Below, piece by piece: positions 40,485-52,166 of a stretch of DNA of 64,000 bases (the stretch's first letter is position 1; each line of letters starts with the position of its first letter). The DNA lies in assembly GCA_964016885.1 (NCBI GenBank), contig OZ024742.1:254386001-254450000 (forward strand), read 5' to 3'. The translations under genes and the position numbers were made by a program. A model generated the notes under the pieces. It saw only the letters and a list, made by a program, of their open reading frames with translations. It had not been told where the DNA came from and ran no database searches. The DNA is from Eledone cirrhosa. Taxonomy: Eukaryota.

Positions 40485-40652
40485 TATTTCTACTTTTGGG
40501 AATTATCCCAGTGCATTACTGGTACTTTATTTTATCGACCCCGTAAGGATGAAAGGCAAAGTTAACCTCAGCGGGATTTGAACTCAGACCAAAAAGATAC
40601 GTAACTCTATGTTGTGAAGCATGGCGTCCGACTCACTACCGATACTGCCAAT
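40485..40652 (-). mobile_element. SINE family 2
   Basis: Reverse complement of the 11718-type sequence. Confidence 0.82.
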
Positions 40653-40874
40653 CCAAGTCAAATGAGGAAAGAGAGAGGTGAGATTGAGTAAAATGATTAG
40701 AAAAAAATCAGAAATCAGAGATTGTGTTACTTTGGTAATATTTATTAATCCTGATATATTTCAGATACTATATTTATTTTTAAGGGATCTGTTGGGACCC
40801 TCTAACAGTAGCAGAGAGGATGTTTTGAGGACTTCTTTTGGCTTGTTCAATTTATGTCTGACAGAGTTCCTTGC

Positions 40875-40920
40875 ACATGATTAACATGATTAACATGATT
40901 AACATGATTAACATGATTAA
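40875..40920. repeat. (ACATGATTAA) tandem, ~4.6 copies
   Basis: Perfect 10-bp tandem. Confidence 0.95.
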
Positions 40921-40959
40921 CGACGTGTACACGCACATACACATTCACTGTATATATAT

Positions 40960-41626
40960 CCTGTCTCACTCGCTTTACGCGTTTTAATTGTCCTAATAAC
41001 TTATTTTGGTTATTATTGCACCGACGTGAGATATATGATTTTTAATGCAATGAAATATCTATGATCTTCGGCAAATCACTGATGAGGGACTTATTTTATT
41101 ACATGTTATCCATGTGCTACCTGCAGTATTTTTCTCTATATTTTAATACATATATTTACCACTGCGATTCTGTGTTTTTTTCTCTCTCTCTTACTGTTCC
41201 CCCATTCTCTCTGTTTCTCCCCCTCTGTCATGTCCGTTAACTCTTCCTCACACTTTCACTCACTCACTGTTTTTCTCTCTCTTCTCTTCATGTCATCCTG
41301 CACACCACGAACGCTATTTTTCTCTCTCTGCTCATAGCCTTCGCTCGTGTAGGATCTATTCTCTAAGCGCTCATATATTCACCTAGCTTATGCTAAACAG
41401 AATAATTTTTGAAGCTTGTTTCTTTCCCCTACGGTTAGCTATACTCTTTGTTGTTCTCCTGTCTCACTCGCTTTACGCGTTTTAATTGTCCTAATAACTT
41501 ATTTTGGTTATTATTGCACCGACGTGAGATATATGATTTTTAATGCAATGAAATATCTATGATCTTCGGCAAATCACTGATGAGGGACTTATTTTATTAC
41601 ATGTTATCCATGTGCTACCTGCAGTA

Positions 41627-41635
<9 letters not shown>
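40960..41635. repeat. 498-bp unit with its first ~178 bp directly repeated
   Basis: 40960-41137 equals 41458-41635. Confidence 0.9.
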
Positions 41636-41719
<84 letters not shown>

Positions 41720-41886
41720 TTAAGGATACTATTTATGGTTATGTATATACTAAAACCTTTTATAGTTATATATATTTTAAACCCTAAACAGTGAAAGACA
41801 GTAATTTATTACTACCTTATTACCAGTAAGATAAATAGCTCAATGTAATAACATCAGTTGTTCTACAGAGCAGTTATATAGTTCTG

Positions 41887-41964
<78 letters not shown>

Positions 41965-41971
<7 letters not shown>

Positions 41972-43745
41972 TTCGTTTTTGAATTTGTTTTGCGAGATTT
42001 CTTATCTAAAAACGTGTGTTGAAACAGATATTGTTATACGTTGGGAGAGTCATGCTGTCAATAAAAACACACGCACCTGTTGGTTTTCACTTCAATTTAT
42101 TGGTTGGTTCGATAACCAGATGGTTGTTTATAAATGGTCAAAGCTCTTTCGTCACGCATTCTGAGACTTCCTCAGAGACTAAGTTATTTCTTGTCTCTCC
42201 TTTGTTGTATCCTACACCAACTTTTTTTTAATGTGTTGTGTATTGTGTACTTAGTTTCTGTATACGTTACATCAGGGTGTGTGTGTCTTTTTATTTATCT
42301 ATGTATGTGTTTATTTACTTGTCACTAGTTGGTTGTTTGTTCTACCTGTGTGTGTATGTATGTCTTCATTTTGTCCTTAATTACTAGTTGTGATGCTGCA
42401 ATTCCACTCATATTTTCTGTTTAATTTAGGTTGAGTTCGTTTATGTTTGTCCCCTCTGCGATTTGTCTGAGCATTGCATCGTTTCCGTGTATGGATATAA
42501 TTGTTATCTCTATGTTCTCTAATATGCCCCTATGTGCTATTTTGGCATATTGGTGGAGTACTGATGAGTTTTTCCCATCCCAAAGTTCTCACTAGTGTTC
42601 ACTTATCCTTTTTCCTGTGCTATGTGCTGTTTCACTATGTATGTTATGTTCTTATTCCTACACTGTCCTTCAGTACATCTTATGCTATATACTACGTTCC
42701 TAGTTTGCGGGCTTAGCTTTCACACTTTGGATTTCCTATTAGCACAGGGGGATCTTTAAAATGGGTATGTTTTACTAATTAGGGTTTTTATGGGAATACC
42801 TGGTCTTTCAACTATCTTAATATTTAATTTGAGCTTGTCTAGGGTCCTTCTAAATCTGTAAGCTAGTTCGCCTCTATGAGTTGTATTGATGAACATTACA
42901 CTCTGGTATTTATTGCTATCATACCATGAGCTTATTATATTGGTCTTATTCCTAATCCTTTCTATTCTGTTCCAAAATTTGCTCCTATACATGGGGCAAT
43001 TCCCATTTGCATAATTTTCTACAATCTTTGTCCATTTGGTTCTGGCTACTTTATATACCCTGATCTTGTCTCATTGATTGTAATCAGAGAACTGCATTCG
43101 GTGTATGAAGTGTTGTATGTGTCTCTCCAATTCTTTGGTGTTGCACATGCGGGACACGTTCCTCATCACTCTTACTAAGTCCGCAATCAGTATATTGATT
43201 TTTATGTGATCTGAAACAGCTGAGTTTCGGTGGATCAGATATTTGAAGGTCATGCGAATGGAGGATTTTAGTTCTATTACTAATAGTTTCCAACCAAAGT
43301 TTTGTGTCTAATACGAGTAATCTATGGTTGGGGTATTTAGTTGGGTAGTCTATAGTAACTTTAATACTCTGGTGGATGGAGTTAGCTATTTGCTGGATGC
43401 TTTCCATGGTGTTCTTCTCTAATTCCTGACTGTTCTCATGTGGAGGTATTTTTACTATGATGTTTATGTCATCTACATAGCTGGAGTATAAAGTCATGGA
43501 TGTAAAATTGTTGTCTAATTGTTCCTTAAGTCTTCTGTCCCACCATACTATAAAAAGGTTAGCTATGTCTCCTGCAATGCTAACACCAACGGTTGCCCCT
43601 TCCTCTTTGGTATATGTTTTGCCATTAAACGTGAACATATGTTCCTTAAGGGTTAGTTTTATACTGACCCCCACCGCATGTGCGATCATATTCTTTAATT
43701 CATCATGGTTTTTGGTGGTCTGTATCGCTCTGGTTCACCCGTTCT
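41965..43745 (-). mobile_element. Penelope-like element: RT, GIY-YIG and terminal repeat, 5'-truncated
   Basis: FTFNGKTY...G..VG..IAGDIANLF, YVDD and LLVLDTKL motifs; downstream SVLHQYA..DAMLRQIAEG..LNRKYEWN. Confidence 0.9.
42137..42179 (-). ncRNA. Minimal hammerhead fold in PLE terminal repeat
   Basis: gtct-CTGAGGA-agtc..gac-GAAA-gagc-TT-tgac; stem II is imperfect. Confidence 0.55.
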
Positions 43746-44611
43746 ATCTTTCTGTGGGTCACAAAAAGATGGGTTAGACTATTTGTCCCAATGTGAGACA
43801 AACCAGATCAGATGACTATGTCTTCTGGATTGGTTTCTATGGTTGAATGCCCTTCTTAATGCCAACCACATTTACAGAGTGGACTGGTTGCTCTGTATTG
43901 TGGCACCAACAGGACCACTCTACAATGTGGACTCAGTGCTCTTTGTCGTGTCACCAATATAACCACTTTACAGTGTGGACTGAAGCCTAGTGTGGCTTAA
44001 AAGAAAGTTAAATATTAAAGTTTGTTGCAAATTTTCATAACAAGCTATCAACTAGTATGTACAGTATACTATAAGCATTTGAATTAACAAACTCATTTTT
44101 AGATATTTTTCATAAATCATTTAAAAATGTGTTAATTTCTCCTTTTTCTCTGTAATTTCCAAAGAAATGACTTAGTCTAATTCATCATCAATTTTTTAAC
44201 TTCTCCTGTACATGATATAATTTACAATATTAGACTTCAATTTTTAATGTGATACTCACTGTAAATGAGGTTGGTGTTAGGAAGGGCATCCAGCTGTAGA
44301 AATCAAGCCAAATCAGTTCCTGTATGAGCAAGGCATGGTCAGCCGACCAGACACTGCCCACAAAAGGACAACCCGTCTAACCCATGCTAGCATGGAAGAA
44401 CGGACGTAAAACGGTGATGATGATGATACTATCATCATGCTGTTTTGTCTTTTTTGAGAATGTCTTGTTAATGTGGTTTTATGTTGTGTGGGAGATTATG
44501 AGGTAATATGAATTCTGTCCATCAGCCATTTGGGCAATGCCCAGTATGCTATTGGGCTAGGTAACAAAAAAGAATTAGCTGTTGCACAAATATTGAAACA
44601 GAACTGAAACA

Positions 44612-44965
44612 GTCCTTGGCTAAGTAATAAAAACATATCTTTGGTCCTCATCAGTCAGCAGTCTGTTAGCCAGTATCATCTTAGCTGTGCAGTGAAAACA
44701 CACCACTGGCTCTCAGCAGTCTGTTAGTCAATGTCACCTCAGCTGAGTAGTGAAAACACATCTTTAACCTTCAGCAGTCCTCAGCCTATTTGTTAGTGCC
44801 AGCTTAACTGAGCAATGAAAACACGCCTCTGGCACTTAGATGTCTGTTAGTCAGTGTCACTTTAATTAGGCAGTAAAAACACACCTGTTGTCCTCAGCAG
44901 TCTGTTAGTCAGTGTCACCTTAATTGAACAGTGAAAGCACATCTCTGTCTATTATTCAATGTCAC
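44612..44965. repeat. ~58-65-bp minisatellite, ~6 copies
   Basis: Recurring cagcagtctgttagtcagtgtcacct..gcagtgaaaacac. Confidence 0.85.
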
Positions 44966-45519
44966 CAGAATGCTCTGCCAATTTTAAGAGGCATTCAACT
45001 TCTGTCAGCAACAGAAAGACCATTGGATACAGTTTCCTTTATTCAATCTGAAAATCAAAATTTCTCTCTAAAGTGCATTCCTAATCCAGTATATTAATGT
45101 ACCTTTTGTTCACTTGTTTTTAATTAAGACAAGTTCATTTAAATCTCAGTCTATGACAAAATTATTACTAAAGATTATTTTCTTTGGGAAAGTTTTGTAG
45201 CTGTTTTCATTGTATGATGTTGAATTTTTATTAGAAAATAATTGAAAATTTTACTTTAAGTAGATGAAAGTACATGATGAATAAACTATATGATTAATTA
45301 AAGAAACGTGCATCAAAATTATCAGATTGCTTGGGTGTGCTGCGATAAATAATTCAATAAGCTGTTTGATTCTATGTATCATGATTATCATAGCAAATCT
45401 TGATGATGGATTCTCTGTCAGTTTTAACAATTAACATTCAGTCTTTTGATCCAGCAGGCTTGGTGAGGTTGCCAATTCAGTTCCCTACGACTTAAAAATG
45501 TAACTGGTTATACTGGATT

Positions 45520-45920
45520 ACATGTAGGAATAGGAGGTCTCCTATGAGGTTATATCTCATAGGATGTTTCTATGTTGTTTTAATAATAGGAATCCCAGGT
45601 TTACCATGTTGTTACAGCTCACACCTATGTAAGTGCATCTGGCCTCATATGTGGTTCTATCTCATAGGAGGTTTCTTGGTTGTTTTAATAATAGGAACTC
45701 CTGTTTTATCATGTTGTTAGCTCACACCTATGTAGGTTTAGCTGACTTTCTATGAGGTTGTATTACACAGTAGGATTCTTCAGTGTTTTAATAATGCTGG
45801 ATCTAGTCTTATCATGTTGTTGTTGTTTAAGCTCATATCAATGTAGGTGTAGCTGTCATCCTACAAGATTGTATCTTATAGGAGTTTATTGGGTGTTTTA
45901 ATGGTAGGCAACCCAATATT
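45520..45920. repeat. ~105-bp tandem repeat, ~4 diverged copies
   Basis: Recurring cctatgag..ctcatagg..gttttaataatagg..catgttgtt..gctcacacctatgta. Confidence 0.8.
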
Positions 45921-46126
45921 AGGAGCCTGATATAAAATGCCTTGATCCAAGGCACAACATACAGACTAGTATAGTAATTGAATCCCTGAACTTATGATTG
46001 TTGACTATGGGCAACAGTCTAACACACTAACCACTAGACCACACACTTTCATTAGGGTCAACAGTCTAACACCATAACCTCTTGGCAACACAGCTTCATT
46101 ATGGTCAATAGTCAAACACCTTAACC

Positions 46127-47269
46127 CAGGGTTTCTCAACTGGTGTTCCACGGAACCCTAGGGCTCCGCAAGTGGTCACTAGGGGCTCCACGATAGATAA
46201 GCTAATGTATTTTTTAGTAATATCTGTTTATTTTTTATTCATAATTTTACTATGGAGGCACATGGCTTAGTGGTTAGAGCATTGGCCTTGCAATCGAAAG
46301 GTTGTGAGTTTAATTCTCAGACCGGGTGATGTGTTATTTCCTTGAGCAAGGCACTTTATTTCACATTGCTCCAGTTTACTCAGCTGTAGAATGAGATGAT
46401 AGGGACTGGGGTCCCTATCATTCCACTGCAAAGTGGTCATGGAGGTGCCATGGCAAAAAAGCACCCAGCACTCACTGTAAATGAGGTTGGTGTTAGGAAG
46501 GGCATACAGCTGTAGAAATCAAGCCAGAATCAGTTCCCGTCCCACCCTTGCAAGCAGGGAAAAGTGGACGTAAAATGAAATGATGAATGATGATAAGGCA
46601 TATTGTAGAAAATCCTTCGTTATTTAACTTCTTATATTATTTAAACTAGGTTGTTACCCATTGCTAAGTATTTTCTTATTTAACATGTATCAAAAACAAA
46701 GACAGAAATTGTCTCCTTTCAGTTGAAAATGAAATCCGTGTATTTTTATCTAAAATTCAACCTTGAATTAAGCATTTGTGTAGCAAAAGACAAGCACAGG
46801 TTTCACATTAGAGGAGCAAATTACAGCTTTGAAACTAACATTTCCTTTTACCGTGATTTATCTCATGCATTTTCAATATTGTTAATAAACAATAAGTTAT
46901 TGTATTAGCTATCTGCTTTCTTTCTGTTTATATGTGTTATATGTATGTGATATTGGTTATTTATGTTTGTTTTCGTGTGTGTATTAACAGATTTTTTTGG
47001 AAGGGGGGAATGAAAACCTTGATGTGAGATCTCATAAAAGAACAGTATGATTTTCATTTGGCATTGCCAATAAATTGACAAAAGAGGGGTTATTTTTTCC
47101 TTAAACCTTTATCTGAAAAACATATATTATGTTTAGCACAGGAACTATGATAAAAATATAAAAGCAATAGATATTAATAATGGTATATAAATATTTTCCT
47201 GCAGGGGTTCCCTGAGACATGAAAACTATTTCTATAGTTCCACAAGGATAAAAAGGTTGAGAAACACCG
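46127..47269 (+). mobile_element. Non-autonomous hAT (Charlie/Buster-like) deletion derivative
   Basis: TIRs cagggtttctcaac / gttgagaaacaccg; 8-bp TSD ccttaacc / tcttaacc; transposase C-terminus LTCIKNKDRN..VENEIRVFLSKIQP*I..CSKRQAQVSH at 46680-46811. Confidence 0.9.
46254..46594 (+). mobile_element. SINE family 1, nested in the hAT element
   Basis: Matches the reverse complement of 17033-17372. Confidence 0.92.
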
Positions 47270-47425
47270 TCTTAACCACTAGGCCACACACCTAAACTAT
47301 GGTCAATAGTCCAATACCCTAACCACTAAGACAAACACCTTCACTATAGTCAATAGTTCAATAATCTAACCACTAGGCCCCATGCTTTTCCTATGGTCAA
47401 CAGTACAAAACCCTAACCTCTAGAC

Positions 47426-47589
47426 AAGTCGTGGGCAAACTGCATCCCGCGAGCCACATGCAGTCCATTTGGCTTTCTGAATGGCAAGCCTAATTTCAAA
47501 ATAGCTTTGAAGTTTTTAGTAGTGTGGCCTACCTTACAATGAGTCACATTCTATGTGTCCCACTGCTCAAGAAATTTTGCCCATGCCTG
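47426..47589. mobile_element. 164-bp hAT MITE
   Basis: Imperfect TIRs aagtcgtgggcaaa / tttgcccatgcctg; perfect TSD ctctagac at 47418-47425 and 47590-47597. Confidence 0.88.
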
Positions 47590-48249
47590 CTCTAGACCCA
47601 CATGGTGTTACTATAGTCAACAGTCCTGCACCCTAACCACTAGGCCACAAACCTTCATAATGATCAACAGTCCAACACCATTACTTCTAAGCCACATGCC
47701 TTCACTATGGTCAGCAGTCCAACATTGTAACCCCTAGGTCAAACATCTTCTTTATAGAGAGCAGTCCAACACCCTAACTACTAGGCTACACACCTAAACA
47801 ATGGTCAGCAGCCTAACACCTTAACCTTTAGACCACACACCTTCATTAGGGTCAACAGTCCAACACCCTAAACACTAACCCACACACTTTCATTACAGTC
47901 AACATTCCAACACCCTAATGGTAGGCAATGTGACATCACATGGTTGATATTATTTACTGATATTCGCCAGGTGGTGCTATTAAGTTAGACATGACCTGGG
48001 CCAATACTTGTCGAAACCTATCAAAATTATCAAAGTTTAGGTATAATACTTTAGGTATTTTTCATTTAATGTAGATCATGGAGATGCTGCTGGTGGTGTT
48101 GAAAATTTAGTTTAGTTGTCACAGCCTTTTCATGTGCAGGTACAAAGTTAAATGGTTAGGGTGTTGGTCTCTCAATCATAAGTTTGTGTGTTCAATTCCT
48201 TGACTGTGGTCTTAAGCAAAATGTCTCATTTCATATTACTGTTTTTTAA

Positions 48250-48640
48250 AGCATTTGAGAATTGCAGGAACTGGTGCAGTCATGCAGTCATCAGAAAAAG
48301 AGAGGTTCGTGTAAAGGCGAAACTCACAATCTTCAATTCGGTGTTTGTGCCAATCTATGGTTATGAATCTTAGGTAATACAGGAAAGAATATTATCGCAG
48401 ACACAAGTGGTCGACCCTTTGGAGTAACGTTACTTAATAAAGTGCGTAGCTTGGAGATCAGGGAGTCGCTCCAGGTAAAGCTGCTACCTCCTTGAATTGA
48501 GAGATCACAGCTCTGATACTATAGGCAAGTGGTTGGGTTGTCTAAGAAAAGAATCACTGGACATATTTGGAAGAATCATTTGGATCTGCTAGAAGACGTG
48601 CTTGTGACCCTTCCAGAAATAAGTGGGAAAGGAAGAAGAA
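48250..48640 (+). mobile_element. Degraded RTE 3' fragment with (GAA)n tail
   Basis: KAKLTIFNSVFVPIYGYES motif; similar to the 39400 element. Confidence 0.6.
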
Positions 48641-49899
48641 GAAGAAGAAGAAGAAATTTAAATTTAGATAGGAACCCTTTAACCCTTTCATGACTATATT
48701 TCTAATGAAAAGCACTGTTTCAATTAGTTACTGAAGAATTTTAAAGGATTTATGAAAACTATTAATTATATAATTACTAAGATACAAAATTAACATATTG
48801 TTCCTATACAAAATTATGTTGGAAGATTATAATTTAAATAGGAATCCTTTAAAATAGGTGGTTTTGTTTCTTTGAACCAGGGATAGTTTTGCCAAGGTTG
48901 GTGTCAAAATGGTTAATCAAAGTCTTGTAGACTTTTTGTAATCTGATATTTTTTCTTTTTACAGAAAAACCATAAGAAGTTTCTGTCCTACTTTGAATAT
49001 AGATTAAAAAATGTGCAGTTAATACCAATATGACCAGTGTTAAAAATACTGAATTAGTAGACACAACGTAAATATGTCTAGTGCTGTTCAATCATGTGGA
49101 AGTTATTGGTGTTGTGCTTCGAATAAAGTTGAAATAAAATAGGAAATGTAACGATTTTCTGTGACTTAGACCAAGTCTAATAGTTCACAGGAGACACATA
49201 AAAAATGGCCAATCAACAATTGTGTGCTTCAAACGAGAATTAAGTTGTTAGAAAAGACGCTATGGATAAAGTAATAATTATTATAAGATTACTCTTGGGG
49301 ATTTGAAAAAAAGAGGAAGTGTCTCGAAACCCCCTTCCCTCCCACATCCTAACATAAAAGGTGGGGGAGAGATGGGATAATATATCTGAGAAGAAAGAGG
49401 GGGTGGATAGAAAAATAAAGCAATTTGGTTGGAGAAAATTAGTTTTTACAAGTTGAAATATCCATTGCTACTCATTTTGCTCCTTTGGGATATTTACTTA
49501 GATTTGTGCTTAAAGGATTCTCACATAAAGCTTCCCTTAGTTTTAGGATGTAGGGCAACAACTTCATATTTCAAGATTAGATCGTTTTTTATTAGGGTAG
49601 TTAAAATATCCAAAGAAATTTCCACATCTTCTTGCCTTAGGTGAATCCCTCTTACTACTACAAAATAATGGTTTGATGGTTGATGCATAATGAAATATAG
49701 ATAAGATAGGAACAAAGTTAAGTACTGTCTGAATACAGATGTTCTCATGAACAACCTGTTTAAATTCCTTTGTTATGGCCTGAAGAACTATAAGAAACAG
49801 AAGTGGGGTAAGGATGAAGCTCTGATGCCCTCCTTTCTATATTTTGAATTTTTCACTAAACTCACTTCCTAATTTCACATTACTGACAGTGCCTCTGTA

Positions 49900-50505
49900 C
49901 ATGGCTTGCACTGTTCTCAAAAGCCATTCTCCCTTAAAAACCACAATATAACATTATGGTATTTTGTCAAACATCTCTATATCAGCAAATGCTAAATATA
50001 GTGGCTTATTCTTAGCTAAGAAATTCTGTTGTAGTTGTCTCACTAGGGAGAAGCCATGTGTAGTACATTTGCCTGGCACAAAAACTCAACAGTATCTCAT
50101 CTAATTTGATTCTTTCCTTAATCAATTGTGCTTAGACATTTTCTGTTTCATTCATAACTTGATCCATTACTTTTATTCATCTGTAGTTGTTTCTTTCTAG
50201 AGCATCACCTTTTCCCTTGTAGCAACTAATTAATATATTGCTGTGTCAGGCATTGGATGTCACCAAATCCTCTAGTGACCCTGAAAAGAAGTATGACGCC
50301 ACTATATACGATGTACAAAATGTAAATCTTAGTTACACAGGAGGTATAGTGGGATAGCAGGCAGACTAACAGGAAAGGAAGACTTTGTATGTAATAGGTG
50401 TACAGGGATAATTAATATTAAGTAGCTCAGAGATATAAATCTATTACAATCCCAAGAAGGATTCATAGAAGTGGTTGATAGCTTCTGCTACCTAAGTTAT
50501 CTCAT
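49900..50505. mobile_element. Old RTE fragments in opposite orientations (inversion)
   Basis: Minus-strand SCYKGKGDALERNNYR (~50180-50225); plus-strand PHD remnant and IEVVDSFCYL (50310-50495). Confidence 0.7.
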
Positions 50506-51837
50506 TAATAATAGGTATAGATCGAAGTTGTAGATACAACATAGTAGGTACCAATCAAATTGTTTGTGGCAGTCACAAAGCATCCAATGGTGTTAAACGT
50601 TAATACATTTTTGTTCCGACTAAACACAAAGTTAAGGATGTGTGACACTAAGAAATAAAGCAACCAAATGTTTGTGGCCATAGTTTGTAGCACAACAACA
50701 ATAAATGCAAACAGGTCGAAGATAATCTGGACCAGCTCGAATAGATAAGAATCGATAGAAATTGAAAAACATCTTCAATAGGTTTCTGGGATTCTGAGAG
50801 GATGTACTACGAGTTTCACAATGCATATGCAATTCATAGATGCTCCTAGCAATGGAACTGAAATGTTCTATCATCAATAGGTTTTCATTCAATATTATCC
50901 GACATAGTCCAGTCTTGGAGACAGTGTGGCATTCTAGCATTGTAGTAAAATCGCCTGCGTCATCACGTGAATATATATATATATGCATATGTCTTATAAT
51001 TTATCAAGGCATTTGGATGATTAGCAATTAGAAATATTAAAATCCAAGCACAGATTCACTCCAGCAGTGCCTGCTGGCCACATCATTTTCTGCCCCTATT
51101 TTCTAATTCTATGATCATTGTAGCAAATCTGTGTTTGGATTTCTTCACTTCTAATATATGTATTTATAAATATAAACATATAGAAAAATTGTATAAGGGA
51201 ACATGAAAAGAGAACAGTCACAAACAAACAGAGGCTAATGGAACAAAGTAAAACAGAAGCATGAACTTTTCTTCATCAGTTGTCTCTAGATAGAACATTG
51301 GGATTTTGAGAAACAAAGGTAGTACTGCTACTATTTTCCATGTTTGTGTGTGTGTAAAAATGCATGTCTTAGAGGTTAGGTTGTACAGTTCATAATCACA
51401 ATCCTAATGCATTCCATTTCTAATGCTGCATTGTGTTCTTGAGCAATCATAATTTTTCATTGTTCCAGTTCATTCAACTAGAAAAAGAATAGCTTTACTT
51501 GTAATTCAAAGGGCTAAACTTGTCACAAACTGTGACATACTGAATCTTTCATTAAGAGTTTATGTCTGTGGAATGTTCAGTCACTTACACATTAATTTCA
51601 GTAGACTTATCCATTGGTTGTCAAATGGGAACACTCATCATTGAGACTGATGTTAGTTAAACACAATATATATACATTTGTATTAACAGTATGACTTAAC
51701 TCCACACTACCATTGGTTTCAAGATGAAAACACATCCATAACAACTTGTGTTGGTAGATCTTTTCTTCCGCTTGTAACCACAACCAACCATCCTTTTCTC
51801 TCTCTCTTTCTCTTGCTCTGTTATATATATATATCCT

Positions 51838-52166
51838 CATCATTTTACGTCCACTTTTCCCTGCTTGTAAGGATGGGATGGGAACTGATTTTGGCTTGAT
51901 TTCTACAGCTGAATGCCCTTCCTAACACCAACCTCATTTACAGTGAGTGCTGGGTGCTTTTTTGCCATTGCACCTTCACGACCACTTTGCATTGGAAAGA
52001 TATGGACCTCAGTCCCTATCATCTCATTTCTACAGCTGAGTAAACTGGAGCAATGTGAAATAAAGTGTCTTGCTCAAGGAAACAACACATCACCCGGTCT
52101 GAGAATTGAACTCACAACCTTTCGATTGCAAGGCCAATGCTCTAACCACTAAGCCATGTGCCTCCA
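51838..52166 (-). mobile_element. SINE family 1
   Basis: Near-identical to 17033-17372. Confidence 0.92.

Larger units (their letters stand above)
45935..47920 (-). repeat. Array of 13 x 47-bp SINE-head units leading into one SINE body, interrupted by two hAT insertions
   Basis: caacagtc-type motifs at 46012, 46059, 46106, 47304, 47351, 47398, 47618 and on to 47900; SINE body remnant at 45935-46000. Confidence 0.85.

Noticed and set aside
46254-46330. tRNA genes at the SINE heads
   Set aside because: A and B boxes are present, but they run into a SINE body and tail in multiple copies, with no clean acceptor stem.
45990-47920. CRISPR-like regularly spaced repeats
   Set aside because: Units are contiguous diverged tandems with no unique spacers, derive from a SINE head, and sit in eukaryotic DNA with no cas genes.
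50800-50970. HHR candidate (minus strand: TGATGA...gcattgt-GAAA-ctcg-TA)
   Set aside because: The stem II 5' strand is not adjacent to a core box, and stem I is unconvincing.
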